Virus record (IMG/VR): IMGVR_UViG_3300026543_000167
Location: 1 to 58,420 of that record
Length of the DNA: 58,420 bases
Strand: one strand, 5' to 3'
Source of the DNA: a virus
Taxonomy: Duplodnaviria; Caudoviricetes
Position 1 is the stretch's first letter, and each line of letters opens with the position of its first letter. Shown in pieces: positions 36,183-46,701 of this stretch. Made by a program: the position numbers and the translations under genes. The notes beneath the pieces were generated by a model. It ran no database searches. It was given only the letters and a program-made list of their open reading frames with translations, and was not told where the DNA came from.

Positions 36183-38363
36183 TCCCGCCTCACCGGCCAC
36201 GCCGCCTCTTATAACCAATTCTTCTACCGATTTTAGCGCCCCAGTTTCTGTCAATTGGGGCACTGGCAAAGCCTCCGTCAATTCTTTGATACTTCTGCCG
36301 GTCAAAACCTTTGCAAGGGCTTCTCCTTGTGTTTCAGGAATCAAAACCTTATCTTTTGCTCCCCCGACAATATCTTTTATTCCACGGGCCGCACGTCCAA
36401 GGTCTCCGGAAGTCAGATCCCGCAATCCTTGCATTATTCTCCCAGGGTCGACAGCCGCATCCGCTAAAGCGGCCCCTCTTTCTGCGGTCTGCGACCCTCC
36501 CAAAACATCAGTCACCGCCCGGAACAGTTCTTTTTCCTGGGTCATGAACTTTGTATAATTGCGGAATAATGTTTCATCACCAAAAGCCGCAGAGATTTTT
36601 CCCTCCAACGCCTGAATATCAATGAGTTTTTTTGAAGCATCCGCTCTGGAAACGATTTCACTCAATCTTGATTTTAAGCCCTGGGCAGCTCCCACTCGAA
36701 ATAAATGCCTGGCTTCAGGACTCATATCTTCCAAAGCCGCCCCGATTTCCCGTGGGCTGGAAAATTGCCCTTTTGACATAAACTCCGCACCTTTTTCCAA
36801 TGCTTCCTGATTGGCAAGTTTGTCACCGGCCAATAATCGGGCTTTGGCATAATCTCCACCTTTGACGCCTGGAGCAGTTGCATCAACGTTATCCAATTCG
36901 TCGATCAAATCGCGCCTCAAATTGGTTATTGATCGTGATCGTTCAGTGGGTCTACCAAATTTGTCGGTTGCCTTTTGTTCTAAATCAAACAATTCCCTTT
37001 TAACCTGATCGAGAAATTTTAGTTTTAATCCTCTGCCGACACCTTTACCGGTGGCTCTTTCCCCGGTTTCTTTCAAAAGTTCTGTCAAGTCAGGGTCTAC
37101 CTTGCTCAAATTCTCCCGGTTATTATTCAAGGTGCGACGTGCATTTTTGAACGCCACCTGACCATCGGGAGTTTTAAGCAATCGATCGATGGTTCGAGAT
37201 TCAATATTTTGATTGGCGGCAAACGCATTGTCATACAATTTTGAGGCGTTATTGATATTCGCCAATTGCTGCCTTTGGGAAAAGAAATCGCCGGGAATCA
37301 GTTCATCGATACTATTTTGGATTCGTTGAACTTGGCCGCCTTTGATTTGACCGGTCGTAGGATCCCTAACCCCTTCCTGCCTTTCACTAATAAATTTCTC
37401 AATTCTTTTCTTTCCGGCCCCAGGCTGGCCTTTGACCGTGAATCCTAAAGCTCGGGCATTCGGTCCTGCATCAAGTAAAGCTGCATCCGGACCCAATTCA
37501 TCGAGCCTTTTTAGGGCCTGGCTCGGTGTAAAACCGTCCCGTTCGAGTGCCTCGGTTATCTTTCTAACAGCGGCTGTCCCTTGAACTTTGTTAGAAGTTC
37601 GGGCCAATGTATTTACAATCCCATTGAACCCGGATCTTAAAGCCTGACCTACTGCTGGAATGAATCCACCAAATGCCGCCCCGATAGCCGTCGCTTGCTG
37701 AATATCGCTTGCTTTCTGCGGAATATCTGTTTCTCGACCAGCAGCCACATCCCGAATGGTTTCGCTGGTTGCTTCCCCGCCCGCCTGCGCTCCGGACAAA
37801 ACAGAACCACCTGCGGCACCACGAGCAACTCTTTCGAGAACATTTCGACCACCGGCAATCAAAGGGCCTGCCGCTTTACTGACAGGATTCAAAAATCCTC
37901 CCACAATGGATGCCGCAATCGCCGTTTTTGGATTGTCTTCCTGAAATTTCTTCCTGCTTTCGGCTGGTTCCTGGAAAGCTGCTTGCGGGTCGACACCCCC
38001 GTCGACCAAACGGCCAATGGTTACCGCTTGAAGAGCAGAAATCGCTCCCTTGATCGTGTCAGATGCGCCGAATGTCGCTGTATTCAGGATCACATCATTA
38101 AAGTTTTTAATACTGGTGCTGACTTCATCGAGAAAGCTAACTGGCTCCGGTTCAGCCTGAGCAGTTGTGCTGGTTGCAGACGCGGGAGCCGTCGTCTGTT
38201 GAGACAGATCAACCGGGGATGGTTTGGCTCCCGCATCTGCAGGGATTGTTTGTTGAGCACGTATTTCCGCAACACGGTCTTTTAATTGCTGGGAATTAGC
38301 ATCAACATCATCAGGAATGTTCCGAATAGTGATTCCATCTTTGGTTGTGATTTGAAATGGCAT
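36171..38363 (-). CDS. DNA ejection / internal virion protein (gp16-like position)
   Basis: 730 aa, A/G-rich and helical; synteny with P22-like phages. Confidence 0.7.
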   Translation of the reverse strand: MPFQITTKDGITIRNIPDDVDANSQQLKDRVAEIRAQQTIPADAGAKPSPVDLSQQTTAPASATSTTAQAEPEPVSFLDEVSTSIKNFNDVILNTATFGASDTIKGAISALQAVTIGRLVDGGVDPQAAFQEPAESRKKFQEDNPKTAIAASIVGGFLNPVSKAAGPLIAGGRNVLERVARGAAGGSVLSGAQAGGEATSETIRDVAAGRETDIPQKASDIQQATAIGAAFGGFIPAVGQALRSGFNGIVNTLARTSNKVQGTAAVRKITEALERDGFTPSQALKRLDELGPDAALLDAGPNARALGFTVKGQPGAGKKRIEKFISERQEGVRDPTTGQIKGGQVQRIQNSIDELIPGDFFSQRQQLANINNASKLYDNAFAANQNIESRTIDRLLKTPDGQVAFKNARRTLNNNRENLSKVDPDLTELLKETGERATGKGVGRGLKLKFLDQVKRELFDLEQKATDKFGRPTERSRSITNLRRDLIDELDNVDATAPGVKGGDYAKARLLAGDKLANQEALEKGAEFMSKGQFSSPREIGAALEDMSPEARHLFRVGAAQGLKSRLSEIVSRADASKKLIDIQALEGKISAAFGDETLFRNYTKFMTQEKELFRAVTDVLGGSQTAERGAALADAAVDPGRIMQGLRDLTSGDLGRAARGIKDIVGGAKDKVLIPETQGEALAKVLTGRSIKELTEALPVPQLTETGALKSVEELVIRGGVAGEAGLNP

Positions 38364-40132
38364 CAGAAGTCCACCGTTACATTACGCTGAGTCTGTTCCG
38401 TTGCAGGTGCCGTTCCTTGAGTTTGAGTTGTTGGTGCGGCTCCCTCCGGATCAGGGGCTAAACTTAAAGACAACAAATCCTGAATTTCCAGGATGGCTTC
38501 TTTATCACCAGCTCCCTTTGCTGATCTTAATCCCCGATTCACGTCGATCATTAAAAATTTGATGGTTTGATTGAGAAGGCGAATATTGCCAGCGGTAGAT
38601 TTCCCAAAATTCGCTTCAATTCTGCCAAGCAAATCACCCTCCTGTTTGGTGAAAGCCGCACCAAAAGTTTTCTTAAGTTGACTGACTATTGATTTTTGTA
38701 AATTAAAAAACAATTCCGCTTCGTCTGCAGATTCGATTCCCAATAACTGTTTGCCTCTCAATTTAGCGGCTGCGAATCCTCCCGTTTTAACAATTTGCAT
38801 TAATTCAAGACTTCGATTTATAACTGGTATCAACGCGGCCCGTTCGAGTCCTGTATTGATATTACTTTGAACTCTTTTAGCCGCACCTCTGGCCTGAACC
38901 TCTCGTTTTGCTATTTCTGCAACGGCCTCGGTTTGTGCCCCGAGTTTGACAATTTCACTTTGCTGGACCGTATCGACTTTACGTTTTTGGAAAGCTTCCG
39001 CTGTTTCACCAAATTTTTTATCGATAATATCCCCAGGGACACTGACCAAATTTAATTTTGATTCTCCAGTTCCTTTATCGGTGACAGGAACACCAATCGA
39101 AATACTCCCGTCAGGATTTTCAATGGTCACAGTCGGGCTGGTGGCAAAACGATCTCCTCCGGCTGACACTGGTTTCAATTGCGCCGTGGTGACTCCAGCA
39201 GGTTGGAACGCTCCGATGGTTCCGGATATCAAATTCGGCAACCGTAAGGTTCTTTGTGGGTGGCTCACAATTCTTTCAAGAGGGCGGGCATCCAAACCCT
39301 CGGCTTTCAAATCAGCTACTCCTTGCTCCAGCATTTGCACCTGGATATTGGGATCGGTCTGGTTTTGGACAGTTGTCAAAACGCCCAATACCGCATCTCT
39401 TCCACGTTTTGTTTCAGAAATATCAAGAGCTTTCCCTTCAGCCCTGACTTTATTGTGTTCGATCAATAAGTCCTTCGTTGATTGATTCTCCGAAATGACT
39501 CTACCCAATCTCAATTTTCTATTTTCAAAATCTGGATCGTTTTGAATTCTCAATAATTGTTCTCTTTGGGGTTTAGATAAATTGGGTTTGGTTTCTATGA
39601 TATTTTTAATCATGAAATCCATTTGATCTTTATTCTTTGCCCTTGATAACAATGTCCCCATTTGCAAATTTTGTTCTGTGGTCTTTGCGGTCGCAGCCAA
39701 TTTTTGATTGTCCGCTGTTTTTAGAAAACTGATCAAACCAGAAAATGCCTGGGGATTTTGGGCCAAGATTTTGGCAAAAGGTTTTGCCATCCCAGGTGTA
39801 AAACCTATCCCTGCGATCACTTGAGGTTTTCCGGTTTGGGTGACCTGGTTAACTTTTGTAGGTTCATCAGTTTCATCCAGTGCTTCGGTAGTGACAGGAG
39901 TTTCTGTTTGATTTGTTGGCATTCCAAGTTTTTGGCGAATTACCTGTTCAACATTCCCAGCTAAACGTTTCTGATCCTCAAGCTTTTGGGTCCGCTCTAA
40001 AGCCGCCGCATCAATAATAGCCTGTCTGCGGGAAGATTCTTGTTCCTGCAATCTTTGCCTTTGGCCTGCTCGTGCAAACCCGGCACCGATACTTTGACCG
40101 GCTCTTAGAATTCCTTGTCCGATTGTCGCCAT
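38363..40132 (-). CDS. DNA ejection protein (gp20-like position)
   Basis: Q/A-rich; TFGAAFT..EG..L..IEA motif; synteny. Confidence 0.7.
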   Translation of the reverse strand: MATIGQGILRAGQSIGAGFARAGQRQRLQEQESSRRQAIIDAAALERTQKLEDQKRLAGNVEQVIRQKLGMPTNQTETPVTTEALDETDEPTKVNQVTQTGKPQVIAGIGFTPGMAKPFAKILAQNPQAFSGLISFLKTADNQKLAATAKTTEQNLQMGTLLSRAKNKDQMDFMIKNIIETKPNLSKPQREQLLRIQNDPDFENRKLRLGRVISENQSTKDLLIEHNKVRAEGKALDISETKRGRDAVLGVLTTVQNQTDPNIQVQMLEQGVADLKAEGLDARPLERIVSHPQRTLRLPNLISGTIGAFQPAGVTTAQLKPVSAGGDRFATSPTVTIENPDGSISIGVPVTDKGTGESKLNLVSVPGDIIDKKFGETAEAFQKRKVDTVQQSEIVKLGAQTEAVAEIAKREVQARGAAKRVQSNINTGLERAALIPVINRSLELMQIVKTGGFAAAKLRGKQLLGIESADEAELFFNLQKSIVSQLKKTFGAAFTKQEGDLLGRIEANFGKSTAGNIRLLNQTIKFLMIDVNRGLRSAKGAGDKEAILEIQDLLSLSLAPDPEGAAPTTQTQGTAPATEQTQRNVTVDF

Positions 40133-40143
40133 TTTATTTTCCC

Positions 40144-41010
40144 TTACGCGGCCAATAATTCATTTTCACGTTCAATATGATTCAACAAATTAGAATAATG
40201 AACGGCATCAAAGCCATGAAGAGACTTGACAAATTGTGGGTAAAGTTTTTTCACTTCGTCCGCCATGAAACCTATAGTTGGGAATTTTCCGATAAATGTA
40301 TTGGCAATTTCTGGAATCCAATCCCATTGATATAAATTTAATTCACCAATTTTCCCGATTATTTCTCTATTTTCTTTCAACCATGGATCGGAATTAAAAA
40401 ATCCGCTACTTGCCAAACCACCAAGAACCGAACCGCCAGCACCAATAAGTCCTCCAAACAAATCTGAGCTTCTAGCTGCTTCATTCTGTCCGGCCTGAAA
40501 ACTCCTTTGAGCCTGGCCGCCTGCGACTCCAGCTTGTGCCGATGCACCTTGAATACCTAAACCGCCTAAATCTAAGGTAGCCCCAAGGCCCGTCTTAAAT
40601 AAATCGGTTTGCCTTCCAGATATTAATTGCTCGATAAATAAACCAATATCTTGTGGAACTGCAGAAAGTTCTTTTATTGCTGCACCTGATCTAGTTAATC
40701 CACCAGCTGACAACGCTCCCTCAACACCACGTGTTCTTTCTTCGACAAGATTCTTGAAAATATCTGTGTTAAAGATTTCTCCAAGTATTTCGTCAAGCCC
40801 CCCGACTGAGGCTGCACGTTCCACTCCTGGAATTTGCCTTTGTCCTAATTCAATAGCAGGCGTGACGCCTTCCTGGACAAGTCCAAACTGTTTTTTTAAT
40901 TCCTCAATAGCATTCGCACTTAAAGCGGCGCTTTCATCACCACCACCACCGCCGTCACCACCCAATAAACTACCTATTGCACCTGCTGCCAACCCACCAA
41001 TCACACCCAT
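40144..41010 (-). CDS. DNA ejection/pilot protein (gp7-like) with C-terminal peptidase S74-like chaperone domain
   Basis: G/A-rich body; SDPWLKEN...LYQWDW...GFMADEV...P..V...G...V.Y. Confidence 0.7.
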   Translation of the reverse strand: MGVIGGLAAGAIGSLLGGDGGGGGDESAALSANAIEELKKQFGLVQEGVTPAIELGQRQIPGVERAASVGGLDEILGEIFNTDIFKNLVEERTRGVEGALSAGGLTRSGAAIKELSAVPQDIGLFIEQLISGRQTDLFKTGLGATLDLGGLGIQGASAQAGVAGGQAQRSFQAGQNEAARSSDLFGGLIGAGGSVLGGLASSGFFNSDPWLKENREIIGKIGELNLYQWDWIPEIANTFIGKFPTIGFMADEVKKLYPQFVKSLHGFDAVHYSNLLNHIERENELLAA

Positions 41011-41366
41011 CTTGTTACCTCGAACAATCGATCATTGTCTTGATAATTAATAAATTTCATACCGCTCATTGAAGCAACCAGACACGCAGCACGATTCTTC
41101 TTTGGGATAATGGCATAAATAATATCTTTTTTAGTATTGTTAAAAATCCATCTGAATGCATCTTTTGCGCTTTCAATAGCTTTCTTTCCCCTAAGTTTTT
41201 CACCCATATTGGCATGAACTCGAAATCCATTTTTATAAGAATGAAATGTCCACATACCTTTGTCAGAATCCAATAGATAAAAAAATTTACTAGATATTAT
41301 TGGCCCCTGTTCTTCCTTTGGCCAAAAATTTTTCACCTTCCTATAATCAAAAGTACGCTCAATCAC
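41001..41366 (-). CDS. GNAT-like protein (P22 gp14-like)
   Basis: H......RGK.A.......WIF.....IYAIIP..NRAA. Confidence 0.65.
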   Translation of the reverse strand: MIERTFDYRKVKNFWPKEEQGPIISSKFFYLLDSDKGMWTFHSYKNGFRVHANMGEKLRGKKAIESAKDAFRWIFNNTKKDIIYAIIPKKNRAACLVASMSGMKFINYQDNDRLFEVTRWV

Positions 41367-41386
41367 GGTCTCTATTTGTCGCCACC

Positions 41387-41686
41387 TTATGAAATTATCG
41401 CCCTATCTGTAACCCTTAGCCAATTTGTCCCATCACTGAAAGCAGGTATTGCCCCACCAGTTTCATCAGAGACTCCTATGAAACCCATAACTGGAAGAGC
41501 AGGAACAACAGGCAAGGTGGTCACTGTAAAAACCGGCAATTGTAAAAAATCGCCAACCGAAAGATTAATAGCAAATTCAAGATCATCAAAATAGGATTGG
41601 TAATCGTCTGAAACTACGACAACTCCATCTTGATTATTGCCAATTGGCTGACTATGATGTGGTCTACTTCCTACTATTTCACTCAT
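41387..41686 (-). CDS. Small virion protein
   Basis: LP.FTV.TLP...VSDE.GGA.PAFSDGTNW.RVTD. Confidence 0.6.
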   Translation of the reverse strand: MSEIVGSRPHHSQPIGNNQDGVVVVSDDYQSYFDDLEFAINLSVGDFLQLPVFTVTTLPVVPALPVMGFIGVSDETGGAIPAFSDGTNWLRVTDRAIIS

Positions 41687-43071
41687 GCGAGTTGTAAGGG
41701 TCCATTTGCATCTACGATTAAATGATCGGCAGAAAATTTTATATCTTCGGTTGTGAAAATTTTAACTGCCATAAAACCTTTGTAAACACCCATGCCTCCA
41801 GGGTAATTCCACTCTAATAAATCCGAATATTTCCCTAATATTCCAACGTCACGATAAAAAAGTTCAGAAAAAAGAACATTATCTCGGCTCACCTGAATAG
41901 CAACGCCCAGAGAAGTTGATATTAAAGGATTGAATCCTTGACTGATTCCAAGTGCCGCACTTTGAACTGTAAACCACTGACCGTCAGGTTGTCTGATTCC
42001 GAATTGAATTTCTCGGGGCAATCTTATTCCATAATCTGTGTTGACTTCATCAAGGACCCCAATCTTGTCTTCGAATGCAGAAAAATAACTTCCTTCAAAT
42101 TGCGCTATGAAACCCCCACCCCATGGGATAAAATCTCTTTCTCCCAATTTAGATAATCGGAACCAATTTCCATTAAAAAAACCAAAAGCATCTCTTCTGA
42201 AAGTAAAAGTGGCGATATCATCTCCTCGCCACTTAAATCTAGCGGACCTTACTTCTCCTAATTCCTCAAGAGTGTAAGTCTCCAATATCGTATCGATTGC
42301 CCGATTGCTAATTTTTGGAGCCACCCCGGACCCGATCGCATAAATCCCAAAATCTTGATCTTTATCTCTCCCAACAAATAGAAAAGTATTGCCGTATTCC
42401 AAAAGTCCGCCGATAAAACCAACGTCAATAGCTGCATTTCTAGTTGAATAAGGGATAGGTGATGTGCCCCTATTTACAAATGATTCCGCTGAATTAGTTC
42501 CCATGATGTAAAGGAAATTTTTTAGAGTAAAAACCTGATTATTTCTGTCTGGTAATTGTTCAGCATCGAAAAAACTCAATACATTCACAGTTCCTGCATC
42601 ACCAACATCTGAAAAAAACACCGGGTCTCCACTGGAGGGGCAATAAATGAATCTATTACCTTGAGCGGTTACGCTCACACAAGGAACAAAATTGGTATTA
42701 CCACTGATAAGCGTCAATACATCAGTTTTGCTTAACGTGTATATAGAACCACCAGGGTCCAAAATCACCGCATCAACAAAACCAATGGCAACTTGGATAT
42801 CTCCAGCACCTGATATTGTTCCTACGTTTGTAAATGCTCCTGTAGTTAAATCAGTAATTTTCCTTAAGGTATTGGTAAAGAGCATGTAAAGTGAATCATT
42901 GAAAACAAATACCCCTCTAGCAACAGTGGCGGTGAGAGTGTTTAACAAAGATACTCCGGGGCGAATTTCAATCCACCCTTCCTTCGTCTTATAACAATTT
43001 ACCAGGGACTTTTTTGTCTTTGGTAAATCGTCAGATCCCTCAAGACCATTCGGAAATTGTAATTCAGCCAT
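41683..43071 (-). CDS. Packaged-DNA stabilisation protein (P22 gp10-like tail hub)
   Basis: F.DAE..PD, GT.S.E.F...G....P and synteny. Confidence 0.8.
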   Translation of the reverse strand: MAELQFPNGLEGSDDLPKTKKSLVNCYKTKEGWIEIRPGVSLLNTLTATVARGVFVFNDSLYMLFTNTLRKITDLTTGAFTNVGTISGAGDIQVAIGFVDAVILDPGGSIYTLSKTDVLTLISGNTNFVPCVSVTAQGNRFIYCPSSGDPVFFSDVGDAGTVNVLSFFDAEQLPDRNNQVFTLKNFLYIMGTNSAESFVNRGTSPIPYSTRNAAIDVGFIGGLLEYGNTFLFVGRDKDQDFGIYAIGSGVAPKISNRAIDTILETYTLEELGEVRSARFKWRGDDIATFTFRRDAFGFFNGNWFRLSKLGERDFIPWGGGFIAQFEGSYFSAFEDKIGVLDEVNTDYGIRLPREIQFGIRQPDGQWFTVQSAALGISQGFNPLISTSLGVAIQVSRDNVLFSELFYRDVGILGKYSDLLEWNYPGGMGVYKGFMAVKIFTTEDIKFSADHLIVDANGPLQLA

Positions 43072-43076
43072 ATCCT

Positions 43077-43529
43077 TTACTCGCCTTTTGGCCTACCTGT
43101 TCCCCAAAAAACCCGCTTATTAAATAACCCGTCCACATTTCCTTGACCAGTTGGGGTGGTGCTAGATAATGTAAAATTTGGAATGGCCTGACATCGATAG
43201 GCTCTTTTCAAATCGTTGAAGCCTATTCTGGCATTTGTTCTTAACTCCGGAGAAACCACGCTTAAACTTCCGCTACTATAATTTGAGGACAATTGAATCG
43301 CCAAATTATCAATAATGGCTTCAGTAGCATCTACAGGTTCGGCCAATTGACCACCTGGGACATCTAAGTTTACAAATGGAAGATCTATAAATTTTGTACG
43401 CCATCGATCCAGCATGCCGTTTAAAGCTTCCATTCCCTCAACAATGGCTTCGTCTGGTGGAGTGTTGAAAACGGTATACGTTCCAGTCCGTTTATAAGCT
43501 TTTGTGATTATGTCGGTTCCTATTGACAT
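43077..43529 (-). CDS. Head-to-tail adaptor (P22 gp4-like)
   Basis: DII..A....G...LNGML..W...AI..NLA..L...P.G.GN. Confidence 0.75.
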   Translation of the reverse strand: MSIGTDIITKAYKRTGTYTVFNTPPDEAIVEGMEALNGMLDRWRTKFIDLPFVNLDVPGGQLAEPVDATEAIIDNLAIQLSSNYSSGSLSVVSPELRTNARIGFNDLKRAYRCQAIPNFTLSSTTPTGQGNVDGLFNKRVFWGTGRPKGE

Positions 43530-43537
43530 GTTATGAC

Positions 43538-43723
43538 CTATCGATTGCTTTCATTTGGGGTATCAGTGACAGCACCTGATGCACTTGCGTCGGATTTATT
43601 TTCCTTTGGCTTTCTGCCATTGCTCTTTTTCCAACCCAGAGATTCACAATATTCAACCGTCTCATCCTTGTCGTTGGTTTCAATTTTCAATCCACTGGGC
43701 TTTACCCATTTGATCATTCCCAT
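43538..43723 (-). CDS. Small hypothetical protein
   Basis: AGGAG RBS; W.KPSG..IE.N......GW. Confidence 0.55.
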   Translation of the reverse strand: MGMIKWVKPSGLKIETNDKDETVEYCESLGWKKSNGRKPKENKSDASASGAVTDTPNESNR

Positions 43724-43803
43724 TTTTTCTCCTTAAAGGTGATTAAATGCGGGGCGAATCAACGCCCCACATCATCAAAACAAATTGAAAATCATTTACT
43801 AAT

Positions 43804-45090
43804 TTACGCCCAACCCTGTCCGGCAAAGAACGGATTCAAAGCCGCAAAAGCAGGTCGAATGTCTATTCTGACTTTCTGGATATTGGTCACACCGTCGGCA
43901 AATTTGCTGACACGCAACTTCAATCCATCTTCGGTTTGTCCCAAGGTGTCTGTAGAAAACAATTTCAAAATATTTACAGCTCCAATAGAAAATGCCTGTT
44001 TGTGCCAGAAAAGATTTGGCATGAAAGTGAGATCATCAGTGCCCAAAAGGGTAATGACATCACCGTCAGCAAGTGCCACATCTACCGTGTTGTAAGATCC
44101 CGCTCCTGCAGTAGCAACTTCAAAAATTGCAGGACCGGACACAATAAATGTACCGGCACCAGAGGTGAGCACCGCATCAGCGGTCAAAACACCGCTGTAT
44201 AAAATGTTGGCACCAGCTGCGTCCAAAATCACTTCACGGGTGGAAAGATTCAACCGGTTCACTCCCGTAACTTGCACAACAGTACCTGCAGGGATGGTTC
44301 CTGTAAAAGTTCCAAACCCGTCCACTGGTATGCTCTGGGTCATCGTGTCTTTAGCTCCGACATAAGTCGCTACTGGTGTACCGTTAATAGCTCCGGCACG
44401 ATCACCCGTTGTTGGCTGAGTATGGCTTGCCAGGGTAACTGCGGACATAACGTTCATATTTGCGAAATCAGAAGTAATTGTCGCCCGCTCATGAGCGGTT
44501 TTAATCAGCTCACCGGAAGTTCCACCGGACCCCAAAGACCTCTGGTTACTGGCCAAAGCTGTTTGAGTAAATGGATTAATGGAAACATTCCATGTACTAT
44601 CCAGCGGAACACCATGGGATTGCATTACAGCACCAAAATTAGCTACATGATCCCAAGTCGTCACCGGAGTTCCATACGTACCCGCCAAAAGACCGGAGTT
44701 TGCCATCATGAAACGTGCAAAATTTAGCTCCATTTGTGTGACAACACGAGTTGCCATAGGTGCCAGAAGTTCATCTATCTGGCCCATTTTAAGAGCCTGA
44801 TCCGCTTCGGTAAAATTCACAAAAGCGGTGATATAATTCTGAACAACACCGGATGCTTTGCCAGAAACGATATCACTGGCAGTAACACCGGTCAGATCAC
44901 CAGTGGGGTTCTCAAAAGCTACGAAATCCGTAGGTCGTTTGAATGAAACAACATCACCGCTGTTTGGGTCATAAACATTCGCCAAAAGCTGTGTGTTGAC
45001 ATTCTTAGACAGTACCCGTGCGGATTCGAATTTCTCCAAAAATATCCGCATGAGTTTTTCAGTAAAATTACTGTCAAAATTGTTTGCCAT
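43804..45090 (-). CDS. Major capsid protein (P22 gp5 coat family)
   Basis: MANNF.SN...F...FES.RV.SK.VNTQ...KRP.D...PNLFWHK.AF...R.D..PA.A.LNP.FAGQG. Confidence 0.92.
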   Translation of the reverse strand: MANNFDSNFTEKLMRIFLEKFESARVLSKNVNTQLLANVYDPNSGDVVSFKRPTDFVAFENPTGDLTGVTASDIVSGKASGVVQNYITAFVNFTEADQALKMGQIDELLAPMATRVVTQMELNFARFMMANSGLLAGTYGTPVTTWDHVANFGAVMQSHGVPLDSTWNVSINPFTQTALASNQRSLGSGGTSGELIKTAHERATITSDFANMNVMSAVTLASHTQPTTGDRAGAINGTPVATYVGAKDTMTQSIPVDGFGTFTGTIPAGTVVQVTGVNRLNLSTREVILDAAGANILYSGVLTADAVLTSGAGTFIVSGPAIFEVATAGAGSYNTVDVALADGDVITLLGTDDLTFMPNLFWHKQAFSIGAVNILKLFSTDTLGQTEDGLKLRVSKFADGVTNIQKVRIDIRPAFAALNPFFAGQGWA

Positions 45091-45101
45091 TTTTTAATTC
45101 C

Positions 45102-46067
45102 TTATGAATATGTCGCTCCCTTAGGCCCTCTCAGTTTTTTAGGCGAAGCGGGCCTTCCCCCCTCCAATTCCTCGTCAGGGTTCCGGACATTTTTTGTTAT
45201 TTTATTGAGTTTTAGTTTCGTACCTAAAACTGCTATGTCATTAATGCCGGTGACAGGATCAGCTTTTAAAGATTCAGCGATTTGATCGGCCTTTTTCGGA
45301 TTTTTGCCGAGATAATAAAGGATGGTATGTGCGTTAGGAATGCTCTTAATAATGGTATTGACCGCTGGTTTTCCTAATACGGAGATAACCTTGTCCTCCG
45401 TATCGTAATAATCAGTGGCTCCCATTTGAGCCGCTCTTTCATAGTGAATTTCCTGCTTTTGTTCCAGAGCGTAATCCGTTGCATTTTGCACCTGCTTTAC
45501 ACGAGCAGAGCTTTCTACCTCCTCGACCTTTTTGTTAAATCGCTCATCCATGCGAGCATCTTGGCGAGCATCGTGATATGCGTTTAGTTGTTTCCTGAAT
45601 TCCGGGTCATATTCACCAGCATCGAAATTTTCCGGGTCAGGTGGACCATTGGGATCCTTTGAATTGTCTTTTTTTTCTAAGGCAAGTCTTTGAATCTTTA
45701 CCTGATCCTCCAAATCAGCATTGCGAGCTTTTTGCTTTTCCAATTCTTCATTGGCTTTCTGCTCGCCTTGCTCCGCAACATCAACCTTCTCGTTCATCTT
45801 CTGAATACGCTTGCCGAAATTTTTCCTTGGTTGTTTTTCGGAAGCTTCTTCAGTTGATTCCAATACAACCTCAACCCCTAAATTCTCTTCTTCTTCAGTT
45901 TTTGTCTCACCTGATTGGTCTTCTTCTTCCTGGGCTTGACCATCATCCTGTTCTGAATTTTGATCGTCGTTTTGCTCCAGGTTTTGACCATCATCTTGAT
46001 CAGACTTTTCATCTTCTTCCAGGGTCACTACGGTTGTTTGCTCGTCCTGATTCTGTTTCGGATCCAT
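45102..46067 (-). CDS. Scaffolding protein
   Basis: Acidic N-terminus, coiled coil and I.YYLGKNP; lies between portal and coat. Confidence 0.8.
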   Translation of the reverse strand: MDPKQNQDEQTTVVTLEEDEKSDQDDGQNLEQNDDQNSEQDDGQAQEEEDQSGETKTEEEENLGVEVVLESTEEASEKQPRKNFGKRIQKMNEKVDVAEQGEQKANEELEKQKARNADLEDQVKIQRLALEKKDNSKDPNGPPDPENFDAGEYDPEFRKQLNAYHDARQDARMDERFNKKVEEVESSARVKQVQNATDYALEQKQEIHYERAAQMGATDYYDTEDKVISVLGKPAVNTIIKSIPNAHTILYYLGKNPKKADQIAESLKADPVTGINDIAVLGTKLKLNKITKNVRNPDEELEGGRPASPKKLRGPKGATYS

Positions 46068-46115
46068 GTTTTTTCTCCGGTATGGAATTTAGAGAGTGTC
46101 ATCAATAATGATGAC

Positions 46116-46187
46116 CAATGGTTTTACGTTCCATGAAACGGCACGGTTTACGTCCGTGAACGGCGTGGTTTTTCGTTCCACGAATCG
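46116..46187 (-). promoter_or_regulatory. Three tandem hairpins in the scaffold 5' leader
   Basis: CGTGG-AACGAAAAA-CCACG, CACGG-ACGTAAA-CCGTG and CATGG-AACGTAAAA-CCATTG. Confidence 0.6.
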
Positions 46188-46227
46188 ACTCAGGCTTCGC
46201 GTTGCTTGAGAAATTTTTTAATCAAAC

Positions 46228-46375
46228 AAAAAAAGACCAACCTGGCGGGAAAATCCCGCTGGGTCAGCCTTGAGTGTGTGCTCGGTAGACTTCTATTAAA
46301 TTTTACTTCAGACAAAAAAAGGCCAACCGAGCAGAAAAATCCGCTGGGTTGGCCTTGAGTGTGTGCTCGGTAGAC
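46228..46375 (-). terminator. Conserved late-operon leader/terminator element, tandem copies 2 and 3
   Basis: 46228-46291 and 46314-46375 carry the same motif as 34102-34166. Confidence 0.7.
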
Positions 46376-46482
46376 CTAAGCTATATAAGTGTTATATAGT
46401 AAAATTTTTAATGTATCAGAATGTGCTTTTTCTGATACGGTTACTTTACAATATATAATACTCCAAACGAGTTATTTATCAA

Positions 46483-46689
46483 TCAAATACCTAATTGCTC
46501 TTGGATCTTCCTGCGTTTGGTGAAAAGTTTATCGCTCACTTCAAACCTTTTTTCCAAAGACTTTTCCCTATTAGCTATTTCCTTGTTCACAATTTTCAAT
46601 TCTTTGACCTTTTTCAATATATTCTTATTGCCGGTCACTTGCTTCATTTTTTTGGGCTCTCTAAATCGAACCAATCCGTCTCTTGCCAT
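46483..46689 (-). CDS. Small basic hypothetical protein
   Basis: AGGAG RBS after the portal gene. Confidence 0.5.
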   Translation of the reverse strand: MARDGLVRFREPKKMKQVTGNKNILKKVKELKIVNKEIANREKSLEKRFEVSDKLFTKRRKIQEQLGI

Positions 46690-46701
46690 TACGTTCTCCT
46701 G

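Noticed and set aside
36085-39964. Many plus-strand ORFs opposite the structural genes
   Set aside because: Antisense shadows of long minus-strand CDSs with no recognisable motifs.
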